Positions 16,706 through 27,683 are shown, numbered from the stretch's first letter. The stretch is DNA of 64,000 nucleotides from Thiohalomonadales bacterium (GCA_050295955.1 JBNKQQ010000076.1:18255-82254); one strand, 5' to 3'. The notes: generated by a model from the sequence alone, not told the origin. A program made the numbers and translations.

Positions 16706-17236
16706 ATGAGTATTAGAGCGTTTAAGGGAATCAACCCCACTATTGCTGAAAGTGCTTATATTGATGAAGACGCAACGGTGATTGGTGATGTGCATATCGG
16801 TGAGGCAAGTTCAGTATGGCCATCAGTTGTGATCCGTGGGGATGTGAACTACATTCGTATAGGGGAAGCAACAAATATCCAGGACGGTTCTGTGCTGCAT
16901 GTCACAGCGCCAAACGAAAATAATCCTGAGGGCTTCCCCTTGATAGTTGGTAATCAGGTAACAGTGGGACATGGTGCAATTCTGCATGCTTGTACCATTG
17001 AGGATGAGTGCCTGATCGGTATGGGCGCAACAGTGTTGGATGGCGCAATACTGAAGAAACATGTGTTATTGGCTGCAGGTAGCCTAGTACCTCCGGGTAA
17101 AGAGCTGGAGGGAGGGTATCTGTGGGTAGGAAGCCCCGTAAAGAGGGCGAGGCCCCTAACTGAGCAAGAGTTGCAATTCTTCAGAAAATCTAGTAAAAAT
17201 TATGTGGAGTTAGCAGTTTGCTATAATCAGGGTTAG
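16706..17236 (+). CDS. Gamma-carbonic-anhydrase-like hexapeptide-repeat protein (YrdA/PaaY family).
   Basis: A left-handed beta-helix hexapeptide pattern with the His ligands typical of gamma-CA. Confidence 0.75.
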   Translation: MSIRAFKGINPTIAESAYIDEDATVIGDVHIGEASSVWPSVVIRGDVNYIRIGEATNIQDGSVLHVTAPNENNPEGFPLIVGNQVTVGHGAILHACTIEDECLIGMGATVLDGAILKKHVLLAAGSLVPPGKELEGGYLWVGSPVKRARPLTEQELQFFRKSSKNYVELAVCYNQG

Positions 17237-17280
17237 GGACCAGAAGCATAATTTGCTTCCTAAACACGACGAGGTGGAAC

Positions 17281-17706
17281 ATGGAACTATTTATTGGCAA
17301 TATTCCCAAGGACGTTACTAGCTATGAGCTGCGTCGATTTGTAAATGGGATTTTCGAGCAAAATCGTAAAGGGATGTTATTTTGGCGCAAGAAAATGCCG
17401 GATAGCATGAGTTTCAAGATTATTGAAAAGCAAACGGCGAGTGAAATATACCACTACGCAATTGCTACTATATCTCCTCTGGAGGTCGCCGAAGAGTGTA
17501 TCGAATTGCTGGATAAGCAATTCTTCAGAGGTGAACCGCTCGAGGTAAGGGAATATGTTCGTCGTAGCTATATGAACGAGCGTAGAGCGGTGAACTGGCG
17601 CAACATCCCATGGGAAGGCGAGGAGCGTCGCATGGGCGATCGTCGACAAAACGCGTTGTCCAGTAACGTGCCTGTTATGGGCGAGCCTCAACTGGCACCT
17701 GCATAG
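17281..17706 (+). CDS. Putative RRM-like RNA-binding protein.
   Basis: N-terminal ELFIGNIPKDVTSYELRRFVN resembles the RNP2 motif (LFVGNLP..T..EL...F). The Arg-rich C-terminus is RNA-binding-like. Confidence 0.35.
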   Translation: MELFIGNIPKDVTSYELRRFVNGIFEQNRKGMLFWRKKMPDSMSFKIIEKQTASEIYHYAIATISPLEVAEECIELLDKQFFRGEPLEVREYVRRSYMNERRAVNWRNIPWEGEERRMGDRRQNALSSNVPVMGEPQLAPA

Positions 17707-17710
17707 CAAT

Positions 17711-17738
17711 GACCCGGCAGTGTGACGACTGCCGGGTA
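17711..17738. terminator. Bidirectional hairpin terminator between the RRM-like gene (+) and aroE (-).
   Basis: Perfect 10-bp stem ACCCGGCAGT / ACTGCCGGGT with a 6-nt loop. Confidence 0.6.
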
Positions 17739-17743
17739 TCATG

Positions 17744-18586
17744 TTATTGACGCAATTGTTGAATGACCGGTTGAGTCTCCGGGCGTATGCCGCGCCACAG
17801 GGCAAAGGATTCTGCTGCCTGCTCCACTAGCATGCCCAGCCCATCAATTAATGTTTCACAACCACGCTGCTTCGCCCATTTTAGGAAGGCTGTGGGTTCA
17901 TTGCCATACATCATATCGTAGCAGGCACTACCATCCGCCAATAAATTATCTGGCAGAGGGGGCAATTCTCCTTGCAGGCTGGCGGAGGTGGCGTTGATGA
18001 TTACATCAAACTGTTTCCCTGTTAGCTCTTCATAAGAGCACCCTTCCACATCACCATAGCTATGAAACATCTCTGCCAGTTCAATAGCGCGATCCACGGT
18101 ACGGTTGGCAATCATCAGCTTGCTAGGTTTGGCTTCCAGCAGTGGCAGACAAACGCCCCGTGCGGCACCACCGGCACCTAGCATTAATATCCGTTTATTG
18201 GCCAGTTCAACGCCATGGTTGACCTGTAGATCCTGTAACAGCCCTACACCGTCGGTATTATCACCAAAGATGACGTTATTATCCCGAAAGACAAGGGTAT
18301 TAACCGCTCCAGCCAGTTTAGCGCGCTCAGTCATTTCATCTGCCAGACGCCATGCGTCGGTTTTAAAGGGAACGGTTACGTTGACCCCTTTGCCACCTGT
18401 GGCTTGAAAATTACCGACTGCTTGAGGAAAGCCACCGAGATCTACCAAAATTGCGTTATAGCTCATTCGCTGCCGGGTTTGCTTGGCAAAAGCCGCATGA
18501 ATAAGCGGTGATTTGCTGTGGGCAATGGGATTGCCCATAACACCATATTCATCAGGCTTTTTGTTGAAATCGAATAGATCACTCAT
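17744..18586 (-). CDS. aroE: Shikimate dehydrogenase.
   Basis: The N-terminal GNPIAHSKSP substrate motif and GAGGAARG Rossmann motif. 280 aa. Confidence 0.85.
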   Translation of the reverse strand: MSDLFDFNKKPDEYGVMGNPIAHSKSPLIHAAFAKQTRQRMSYNAILVDLGGFPQAVGNFQATGGKGVNVTVPFKTDAWRLADEMTERAKLAGAVNTLVFRDNNVIFGDNTDGVGLLQDLQVNHGVELANKRILMLGAGGAARGVCLPLLEAKPSKLMIANRTVDRAIELAEMFHSYGDVEGCSYEELTGKQFDVIINATSASLQGELPPLPDNLLADGSACYDMMYGNEPTAFLKWAKQRGCETLIDGLGMLVEQAAESFALWRGIRPETQPVIQQLRQ

Positions 18587-18669
18587 GGTACTAACTCTGA
18601 AATGGGGATGGGAAGAGCCTTCATGCAGCTGCTAATAATTCCTCTGCAAGTAGGCTCAGATCGATCGGG

Positions 18670-19758
<1,089 letters not shown>

Positions 19759-19771
19759 TTAAGCGGAGCGG

Positions 19772-21310
19772 CTAACGTTTTTTAGCCGCTTTTTTCTTGG
19801 TAGTTGCCCGCTTTTTAGTCGCGGATTTTTTTGCGGAGGCTTTCTTTTTCACGGAAGCCTTCTTTTTACTTGCCGCTTTCTTTCTGGTCGCACTCTTATT
19901 TTTAATGGCAGACTTTTTAATATAGGCCTTCTTCTTAGTTGCGGCTTTTTTCTTGGTCACCGCTTTCTTAGTCGCCGACTTCTTCTTAGTGGCGGCTTTT
20001 TTCTTGGTCACCGCTTTCTTCGTTGCCGACTTTTTCTTAGTGGCGGCCTTTTTCTTGGTCACCGCTTTCTTCGTTGCCGACTTTTTCTTAGTGGCGGCCT
20101 TTTTCTTGGTCACCGCTTTCTTAGTCGCGGACTTCTTCTTAGTGGCGGCTTTTTTCTTGGTCACCGCTTTCTTAGTCGCGGACTTCTTTTTAGTGGCGGC
20201 TTTTTTCTTGGTCACCGCTTTCTTAGTCGCGGACTTCTTTTTAGTGGCGGCTTTTTTCTTGGTCACCGCTTTCTTAGTCGCGGACTTCTTCTTAGTGGCG
20301 GCTTTTTTCTTGGTCACCGCTTTCTTAGTCGCGGACTTCTTTTTAGTGGCGGCTTTTTTCTTGGTCACCGTTTTCTTCGTTGCCGACTTCTTCTTAGTGG
20401 CGGCTTTTTTCTTGGTTGCCGCTTTCTTCGTTGCCGACTTCTTCTTAGTGGCCGCCTTTTTCTTAGTTGCCGCTTTCTTAGTCACGGACTTCTTCTTAGT
20501 GGCGGCTTTCTTTTTAGTCGCCGCTTTTTTCTTAACGGCGCGCTTCTCGACAGGCTCTTCCTCAGTAACCGTTTCTTCAACCTGCGCTGCAGGTTCCTCA
20601 GTCGTTGTTTCTGACTCTAGAGGTAGAGGCAGGGATTGAGGCTCATTTTCTGGCTCTTCTTTTCCCAGGGAGTCAATGACATGACAAACACGGTTGAAGA
20701 TATCTTCAATCTCACCAATACCTTCGATGCGTTGCAGAATTGCTTTGTCACTGTAGTAGTTAATTAGTGGGCTGGTTTGCTCTTCGTATACCTTAAGGCG
20801 GCTGCCGATGGTCTCTTCGTTGTCATCAGAGCGGTGTTGCAGTTCTCCACCACACTTATCACAAACACCCTCTTTCTCTGTGGGGGAGAAGAAGACATTG
20901 TAAACTTGGCCGCATGCCTTACAGGTACGGCGGCCGGTAATACGTTTGAGCAGTACATCAAAATCGACGTTAATCAGGATTGCACCATCAAGTGGTTGAC
21001 CAACCTTGCTTAGCAGTTGGTCTAGTGCTTCTGCCTGAGGAATATTGCGGGGGAAACCATCCAGAATATAGCCATTGTGGGTATCAGGTTGTGCGAGACG
21101 TTCCTCGATCATGCCTAGCACCACCGAGTCAGGAACCAGCTGTCCGGCATCCATGAACTCTTTGGCTTGTTTTCCGAGTTCGGTGCCGCTGGATACGGCA
21201 GCACGGAGTAGGTCGCCAGTGGAGATTTGCGGAATATTGTATTTATCGATTAGTTTCTGAGCTTGGGTACCTTTACCTGAACCCGGCGCACCTAACAGTA
21301 CGATTCTCAT
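19772..21310 (-). CDS. adk: Adenylate kinase with a Cys4 zinc LID, fused in frame to an acidic linker and a long Lys/Ala/Thr-rich histone-H1/AlgP-like repeat tail.
   Basis: [17 protein letters not shown]-loop and CKACG...CDKCGG zinc LID. I chose the start at ATG 21310, which has a GGGAGG SD 10 nt upstream. After about 222 aa of Adk there is no stop. Instead come about 40 acidic residues ([24 protein letters not shown]), then roughly a dozen repeats of [17 protein letters not shown]. Confidence 0.85.
   Translation of the reverse strand: MRIVLLGAPGSGKGTQAQKLIDKYNIPQISTGDLLRAAVSSGTELGKQAKEFMDAGQLVPDSVVLGMIEERLAQPDTHNGYILDGFPRNIPQAEALDQLLSKVGQPLDGAILINVDFDVLLKRITGRRTCKACGQVYNVFFSPTEKEGVCDKCGGELQHRSDDNEETIGSRLKVYEEQTSPLINYYSDKAILQRIEGIGEIEDIFNRVCHVIDSLGKEEPENEPQSLPLPLESETTTEEPAAQVEETVTEEEPVEKRAVKKKAATKKKAATKKKSVTKKAATKKKAATKKKSATKKAATKKKAATKKKSATKKTVTKKKAATKKKSATKKAVTKKKAATKKKSATKKAVTKKKAATKKKSATKKAVTKKKAATKKKSATKKAVTKKKAATKKKSATKKAVTKKKAATKKKSATKKAVTKKKAATKKKSATKKAVTKKKAATKKKSATKKAVTKKKAATKKKAYIKKSAIKNKSATRKKAASKKKASVKKKASAKKSATKKRATTKKKAAKKR
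19790..20545. repeat. 51-bp tandem-repeat array inside the adk 3' region, encoding the 17-aa K/A/T repeats.
   Basis: Near-identical units of ...TTAGTCGCGGACTTCTTTTTAGTGGCGGCTTTTTTCTTGGTCACCGCTTTC... repeat head to tail across about 600 bp. Copies at both edges are degenerate. Confidence 0.85.
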
Positions 21311-21454
21311 AGCGCAGTTGCCTCCCTCGGCAATATTTATCATTTTGATTATAGGAAATGTAGCGGTTAGCTATTTGAACCCCAGATTATGTCAATGAGC
21401 ACTGGTAAATTACAAGTTTTGATGGGATTAATTGAGGAAAAAAGTGCTTTTTAA

Positions 21455-21476
21455 AGAGAAAGGGCTCTTTTCAGAG
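21455..21476 (-). terminator. Hairpin terminator downstream of hpf.
   Basis: GGGCTCT-TTTC-AGAGCCC stem-loop, with a T-rich run on the minus strand. Confidence 0.5.
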
Positions 21477-21506
21477 CCCAATTGATGTTGATATGACCAA
21501 TGTTAT

Positions 21507-21893
21507 TTAGCCGAATAGCTGATCTTCTTCGTGATCGGATAATTTGTCTGGCACGGGATTCAGTTCTTCGGCCTTACTTTGGCGACTACGTTTGCGGCCG
21601 GTGTGTGCAAGCAGCTGGCGTCGTGCCGCTTCAAAGGTGTCGCGCATAGCAACGTAGAGATTTTCACTGGGTTCGCGCTTTACCACTAATTCACCACCGG
21701 GAATGGTGAGGCGGACCCTGACGTTGTAAAGATTGCCTTTGTTGTTACTGCGGTGCGGTGCTTCTACCAGAACACGACAGCCGAGGATGCGGTCATAAAA
21801 GTTTTCCAGTTTTTGCACCTTACTTCGGATGCGTTGTTCAATGGTTGGGGTCATTGCGAAATCGCGTGCAGTGATTTGAAGTGGAATCTGCAT
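21507..21893 (-). CDS. hpf: Ribosome hibernation-promoting factor / ribosome-associated inhibitor A family (YfiA/HPF).
   Basis: 128 aa. The beta-alpha-beta-beta-beta-alpha pattern (RVLVEAPHRS...LYNVRVRLTIPGGELVV) resembles HPF/RaiA. Confidence 0.7.
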   Translation of the reverse strand: MQIPLQITARDFAMTPTIEQRIRSKVQKLENFYDRILGCRVLVEAPHRSNNKGNLYNVRVRLTIPGGELVVKREPSENLYVAMRDTFEAARRQLLAHTGRKRSRQSKAEELNPVPDKLSDHEEDQLFG

Positions 21894-22108
21894 ATCTCTC
21901 CTCCGTTATTGAGTGAGTGTTTTCCATTGAGTGGGCAGCACATTTGTGCTGCCGGTACCGCTGATTGCCAAAAAGGGGATGCTTGGTAAACCGGTGGGGC
22001 TATCTCTGCCCTCTTACAATAAACCTAGCATACAGATATAGAGCTGCAAGCTATTGCAGAGTTCAAAAAAACTGCTATATTAGCAATTATTAATATAGAT
22101 TAGTTATA

Positions 22109-22321
22109 TTGAGGTGCAAAATGATTACACGTATTACACGAACCATGGCAGGTAGTTTCATTCTGATCTCCTTGCTGTTGGGGGTAGAGGCGAGCCCGCT
22201 TTTTCATAATGCAAATTGGCTTTGGTTTACTGTGTTTGTCGGTGCCAACCTGTTCCAAAGTGGGCTGACGAACTGGTGTTTGATGGATACTATCTTAATG
22301 AAATTAGGCTTTAAGAAGTAA
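22109..22321 (+). CDS. DUF2892 (YgaP-like) small inner-membrane protein.
   Basis: Two hydrophobic helices, with a GANLFQSGLTNWCLMDTILMKLG motif typical of DUF2892. Confidence 0.45.
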   Translation: MRCKMITRITRTMAGSFILISLLLGVEASPLFHNANWLWFTVFVGANLFQSGLTNWCLMDTILMKLGFKK

Positions 22322-22395
22322 AAGTTGATTTAAAATCTTTCTAGCAGGGGCGGCTTTGTGCTATTACTTGGTTAACCTAAAAAAGGGAATGCCAA

Positions 22396-22710
22396 GTGAA
22401 ATATGTGAAGTTTTTTGCGCTATTTTTGGTGATTTTTCTCGGCATCGCATTGAATTTGCCTGATGGGGCGGTTGCCCGCCTCGGTTTTGAAGCCAATTAT
22501 ATGATAGCCGCTGGGGTTGCTTTGTTAATTACTTGGCTATCCACCCACCATAACGTATTTGTGGTGTCAGTGATCGTTATTCTGGTTGCGGCGGCAAACG
22601 TACCTGAAGAGACGGCGCACAGTATAGGTTATGACCGCGATATTGTCTTGGCCGCTCTAGTGGCGGTGATTGTGCTACCAACGATTCTGAAAATGCTCGA
22701 TATGGATTGA
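22396..22710 (+). CDS. Hypothetical small membrane protein.
   Basis: 104 aa with three predicted hydrophobic helices. No recognisable motif. Confidence 0.35.
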   Translation: MKYVKFFALFLVIFLGIALNLPDGAVARLGFEANYMIAAGVALLITWLSTHHNVFVVSVIVILVAAANVPEETAHSIGYDRDIVLAALVAVIVLPTILKMLDMD

Positions 22711-22713
22711 TCT

Positions 22714-23514
22714 GTGGAGGAGTTGGTCGAGCGTTATGGTGGTACGCTGTTGGCGAGTTATCATGACAAGCTGGGTGAGGTCGAGGTTGTTGCAAAGGAT
22801 AATCTGCTTGCACTGCATTTCGATTCTCCGGCAATACAGACTCTCTACTCTCCCTCTTCACCTTTCGTATTACAGCTGGAATATACCGCGATGATGGCTC
22901 TGGCGATGATAATGTCCCGGAATGCTGAGCGTGTGTTATTGATTGGCTTGGGTGGCGGTGCGCTCGTACACTTCCTTCATCACTATTTTCCCTCAATTCA
23001 GATTGATGTGATTGAAAAGCGTCCTGCAGTGATAGAGGCCGCCAAGGCGCATTTTCATCTGATTGAGCATCCTAGGGTACAACTTTTCTGTGGCGATGCA
23101 CGCCAGGTAATGGCGGCTCTTCCCTACCGTTATGATGTAATTTTTAATGATGCTTATCTGGCTGATGGCCCAGATGGCGTGGTCTATGCGGTACAACAGC
23201 TCTACTCCAATCTTACCCCAAAAGGCATGCTAGTCAGCAATCTTTGGCAGCGGCGGATGGTGGATAATCTGGCGCTACTAAAGGCGCTGAGGCGTTATTT
23301 GCCGAAAATGCATTATTACCAGGATAATGAAGGTCGAAATCTGGTGTTGTTTGCGAGTCAGCTGGGTACTGAAAATAGGCGGCTACAAAGCCGTGGTCGT
23401 GATTTGGCAGCTCATACTGGCCAGCCCTTTGATCAATACAGCCAGCGTATTTGCCATCGGGTGACGGCATTACGCTGGCGGCTGTGGTGGCGTATCCTGC
23501 TGCTAGGGGCTTAG
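22714..23514 (+). CDS. Spermidine-synthase-like class I methyltransferase-fold protein.
   Basis: GTG start. A VLLIGLGGGALVHFL Rossmann GxGxG motif and a DVIFNDAY motif resemble the polyamine aminopropyltransferase fold. Confidence 0.5.
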   Translation: MEELVERYGGTLLASYHDKLGEVEVVAKDNLLALHFDSPAIQTLYSPSSPFVLQLEYTAMMALAMIMSRNAERVLLIGLGGGALVHFLHHYFPSIQIDVIEKRPAVIEAAKAHFHLIEHPRVQLFCGDARQVMAALPYRYDVIFNDAYLADGPDGVVYAVQQLYSNLTPKGMLVSNLWQRRMVDNLALLKALRRYLPKMHYYQDNEGRNLVLFASQLGTENRRLQSRGRDLAAHTGQPFDQYSQRICHRVTALRWRLWWRILLLGA

Positions 23515-24011
23515 TAATCCTGATAGACGTTAAAGGGGCTGAGGTTACCTTGTTTGTCGAAAGCAACAACATAAAAGTTATCTTTGCGCCCAGTTTCCAT
23601 TCCTGGCGTGCCATGGGGCATTTGTGGAACAGATAGGCCGGCAATATCTGGCTTGCTATGGACCAGTTTTTTAATGTCTTGCGCGGGGACGTGTCCTTCG
23701 ATGACATAACCATCAATGACTGCGGTATGGCATGAAGCTAACTCACCAGGCAGTCCAAGCTTCTGCTTTATTCCGTTGAGATCGTTGCTGACAATATCCT
23801 CTATCTCGAAGTTATGTTTTTCTAGATGGTGTAACCAATCTTTACAGCAGCCACAGCTTTCCGAACGATAGACGGTAATGTTGAGTTTTTTCTCAATCAA
23901 TGCTGGTGAGTGTTGGGGATCCCAGATGCTTTCCGCATGGAGTGAGGAGAACGGGGCCAGTATGGTGACCAGCAGTAACAATGATTTCATTTCATATTCC
24001 TTGTATGACAT
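23511..24011 (-). CDS. DUF411 (CopG-like) periplasmic metal-binding protein.
   Basis: Signal peptide, then YRSESCGCCKDW (the Cx(C)C motif characteristic of DUF411/CopG) and a second Cys/His cluster (ASCHTAV). Confidence 0.55.
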   Translation of the reverse strand: MSYKEYEMKSLLLLVTILAPFSSLHAESIWDPQHSPALIEKKLNITVYRSESCGCCKDWLHHLEKHNFEIEDIVSNDLNGIKQKLGLPGELASCHTAVIDGYVIEGHVPAQDIKKLVHSKPDIAGLSVPQMPHGTPGMETGRKDNFYVVAFDKQGNLSPFNVYQDY

Positions 24012-24021
24012 ATGGGGATGG

Positions 24022-24726
<705 letters not shown>

Positions 24727-24770
24727 CTATGAACAGTCTTTGGTTTATATGATATAGGGATGAGAGCAAA

Positions 24771-25082
24771 ATGAAAAAGCAGATGTTGCTGGCGGTAGCG
24801 GCCGCTGTGGTATTAAGTGGTTGTGCTGGTTCTAATGATTATGCGCCGACAGCAGGTACTTCGGGCAAAGAGATTTTTAGTCAGGCATGTGTGGGCTGCC
24901 ATGGCCCGATCAGTGAGAGTGAGTTGACCACTTTCTGGGAAATTTCTTCTGAAAATGCCAATGCGGCTTATGTCACCGCGAAAATTAAAGAAGGTAGTAT
25001 GATGATGCCCTCTTTCCCCAATGTGAAAGGCGCGGAATTAGAGGCGATTACCCAGTTTGTACTGGAGCATAACAAGAAGTAA
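24771..25082 (+). CDS. Small c-type cytochrome lipoprotein (class I, c553-like).
   Basis: Lipobox LSGC, a CVGCHG haem motif, and a distal Met (SMMMP). Confidence 0.7.
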   Translation: MKKQMLLAVAAAVVLSGCAGSNDYAPTAGTSGKEIFSQACVGCHGPISESELTTFWEISSENANAAYVTAKIKEGSMMMPSFPNVKGAELEAITQFVLEHNKK

Positions 25083-25099
25083 ATATTCCGCTGCTATGA

Positions 25100-25130
25100 T
25101 GAAACGGGTCGCTTTTCGCGGCCCGTTTTC
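25100..25130 (+). terminator. Hairpin terminator after the cytochrome c gene.
   Basis: ACGGGTCGC-TTTTC-GCGGCCCGT stem with one mismatch, followed by TTTTCGTT. Confidence 0.45.
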
Positions 25131-25133
25131 GTT

Positions 25134-26123
25134 ATGCCCTCCCGAATCCCGATACAACGTTGTAGAATGTTTACTTTCACCATGGCTGGCGTTATGAAAT
25201 CTCAATCACTACATAATATCCCGATTATGGCAGCGCCCTCTGACAAGCTGCCACCAAACCAGCAGCGTATGCCATCGTGGATTCGAGCTTCCTTGAGTAG
25301 TGACTTCTCCTATCGGGATACCGCCCATACGGTTAGCCAACAACGCTTAAATACGGTCTGCGAAGAGGCCGCTTGCCCTAATCGGGGGGAATGCTGGAGC
25401 CGTGGCACTGCTACGCTGATGTTGTTGGGAGATACCTGCACCCGTGCTTGTGGATTTTGTAATGTAAAAACGGGGCGCCCCCCAGAATATGATCTGGATG
25501 AACCTCGTCGTGTTGCAGAAGCCGTAAAGCAGATGTCACTGGATTATGTGGTACTGACTTCGGTTAATCGTGATGAGCTGGTAGATGGTGGGGCAGCCAT
25601 CTTTGCTGAGACGCTGAAACGCCTGCGGGCTCAGCAGCCAAGCATTGGCCTGGAGATTTTGACGCCCGATTTTCGTGGCTGTCAGCACCAGGCGGTGGCA
25701 GTGATCCATGAGGCGGTACAAATGGGATTACAGAGTCATACCCCAAAGCTGGTATGGGGACATAATATCGAGACTGTTCCTCGTCTTTACCAAGTGGCTC
25801 GCAAAGGCTCCAAGTACCAACGGTCTTTAGATTTACTAAAATTGGCCTCACAATTAGTAGGGGTTGAAAGTAAATCTGCTATTATGCTTGGGCTGGGGGA
25901 GCATCAAGAGGAGGTACTACAGACCCTGAGGGATCTTCGTGATCAGGGAGTGGCGAGGATTGCCATTGGCCAATATCTGCGACCTAGCCGTCATCACCTG
26001 CCAGTGGTGGAGTATATTCATCCTGAAAAATTTGCTTGGTATGGCGAGCAGGCGGAGGCGATGGGCTTTAGTTGGGTGAAATCCGCACCGATGGTTCGTT
26101 CCTCTTATCACGCGGAAGAATAA
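25134..26123 (+). CDS. lipA: Lipoyl synthase (the exact start is uncertain).
   Basis: CEEAACPN auxiliary cluster and the radical-SAM CxxxCxxC (CTRACGFC). Length is about 320 aa. Confidence 0.9.
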   Translation: MPSRIPIQRCRMFTFTMAGVMKSQSLHNIPIMAAPSDKLPPNQQRMPSWIRASLSSDFSYRDTAHTVSQQRLNTVCEEAACPNRGECWSRGTATLMLLGDTCTRACGFCNVKTGRPPEYDLDEPRRVAEAVKQMSLDYVVLTSVNRDELVDGGAAIFAETLKRLRAQQPSIGLEILTPDFRGCQHQAVAVIHEAVQMGLQSHTPKLVWGHNIETVPRLYQVARKGSKYQRSLDLLKLASQLVGVESKSAIMLGLGEHQEEVLQTLRDLRDQGVARIAIGQYLRPSRHHLPVVEYIHPEKFAWYGEQAEAMGFSWVKSAPMVRSSYHAEE

Positions 26124-26146
26124 GGTTAATAACGAAGGTGACAGCG

Positions 26147-27241
26147 ATGGGCAAGCAAACTCCTCTATATGATCAGCATCTGGCCATGGGGGCCAAGATG
26201 GTGGACTTCTCCGGTTGGGATATGCCGATCCACTATGGCTCACAGGTTAACGAGCATAAGATGGTGCGTAGCGATGCGGGGATGTTCGATGTCTCCCATA
26301 TGAATGTACTGGATCTTACCGGTGGGCAGGTTAGGTCTTTTCTGCGGTACCTGGTTGCCAATGATGTGGACAAACTGAAGTCGTCTGGTAAGGCGTTATA
26401 CACCTGCATGCTAAATGAGCAGGCAGGGGTGATTGATGATCTGATTATCTACTACCTGAATGATAGCCACTATAGAATTGTTTTGAATGCGGCCACCCGT
26501 GAAAAGGACTTGGCGTGGATTGCCGAGCAGGCTCAGGGGTATGAGGTGACTTTGGATACCCCTGAAGGGTTGGCGATGCTGGCAATACAGGGGCCTAATG
26601 CCCGCGACAAGGTCCACCAAATATTGGGTAGTGATATCAAGGCAGAAATTGTCGATATGGACCCCTTCAATGCCTGTTTCTGTGGCAATTTGTTTATTGC
26701 CCGCACAGGCTATACCGGTGAGGATGGCTACGAAATTATTCTGCCAGCAGCTAATGCAATCGAATTGTGGCAACAGCTCAATCAGGCGGGGGTAGCCCCC
26801 ATTGGTTTGGGGGCCCGTGATACCCTGCGTCTCGAGGCGGCAATGAATCTCTATGGCACTGATATGGATGAATCCATTACCCCGCTGGAGTGTGGGCTTA
26901 ACTGGACGGTTGCCTGGCAGCCTGAGGAGCGTGATTTTATCGGTCGGATAGCGCTACAGTCGCAGCGGGATGCTGGCCCACAATACAAATTTGTTGGCCT
27001 GATTTTGGAGGATCGCGGTGTGTTGCGTGGCCACCAGAAAGTGGTGAGCGAGGCGGGTGACGGTGAAATTACCAGCGGTAGCTTCTCTCCCACTTTGGGG
27101 CTATCAATTGCCCTGGCCAGAGTGCCGGTTGCGACGGGAAATCGCTGTCAGGTGGAGATTCGTGGCAAGCTGTTGAGCGCCAAAGTGGTTAAGCCACCCT
27201 TTGTACGCAACGGTCGGGCCTGCTATAAAGAGATCAATTGA
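26147..27241 (+). CDS. gcvT: Glycine cleavage system T protein (aminomethyltransferase).
   Basis: The start (MGKQTPLYDQH...) was chosen by an AAGGTGA SD; the track ORF begins upstream, inside lipA. It has the GcvT fold motifs. Confidence 0.9.
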   Translation: MGKQTPLYDQHLAMGAKMVDFSGWDMPIHYGSQVNEHKMVRSDAGMFDVSHMNVLDLTGGQVRSFLRYLVANDVDKLKSSGKALYTCMLNEQAGVIDDLIIYYLNDSHYRIVLNAATREKDLAWIAEQAQGYEVTLDTPEGLAMLAIQGPNARDKVHQILGSDIKAEIVDMDPFNACFCGNLFIARTGYTGEDGYEIILPAANAIELWQQLNQAGVAPIGLGARDTLRLEAAMNLYGTDMDESITPLECGLNWTVAWQPEERDFIGRIALQSQRDAGPQYKFVGLILEDRGVLRGHQKVVSEAGDGEITSGSFSPTLGLSIALARVPVATGNRCQVEIRGKLLSAKVVKPPFVRNGRACYKEIN

Positions 27242-27290
27242 TAATACCAAACCACAGAATTTTTAAAATTTAACCGAGAGGATTGCTAGC

Positions 27291-27683
27291 ATGAGCAATG
27301 CACCCAATGAACTGTATTATGCCCAAAGTCACGAATGGAGTCGTATCGAAGATGATGGCACTGTTACGGTGGGAATTACCGATCACGCCCAGGAGCTACT
27401 GGGGGATATTGTCTTTATTGAACTGCCTGAGATGGATAGCGCATTGGAGGCGGAGCAGGATTGTGCAGTCATCGAGTCGGTAAAAGCGGCATCGGATATC
27501 TATAGCCCAGTGGCGGGCACCATCATCGCCATCAATGAAGATCTGGTCGATGCACCAGAAACTGTAAATAGTGACCCTTACGGTGATGGCTGGATTTTTA
27601 AGTTACAACCTTCCAATCTGGATGATGTAAAGGCACTGATGAGTGGCGATGATTATAGCGCCATGGTTGCTGAAGAAGAGTAA
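27291..27683 (+). CDS. gcvH: Glycine cleavage system H protein.
   Basis: 130 aa, with the lipoyl-lysine motif ESVKAASD. Confidence 0.9.
   Translation: MSNAPNELYYAQSHEWSRIEDDGTVTVGITDHAQELLGDIVFIELPEMDSALEAEQDCAVIESVKAASDIYSPVAGTIIAINEDLVDAPETVNSDPYGDGWIFKLQPSNLDDVKALMSGDDYSAMVAEEE

Noticed and set aside
19790-20545. A regularly spaced direct-repeat array that could be mistaken for CRISPR.
   Set aside because: The repeats are contiguous, with no unique spacers. They are 51 bp and in frame inside a coding sequence. No cas genes are nearby.
19953-20639. A 228-aa plus-strand ORF made of [14 protein letters not shown] repeats.
   Set aside because: It is the reverse-complement shadow of the Lys-rich 51-bp repeats in adk. 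It has no start context. The hydrophobic periodic sequence is an artefact of the repeat, and the minus-strand frame is contiguous with a bona fide Adk.
26124-26146. A glycine riboswitch that one would expect ahead of gcvT.
   Set aside because: The lipA-gcvT gap is only 23 nt. There is no room for an aptamer, and no GGAGAG...CACCG-type glycine aptamer signatures are present.
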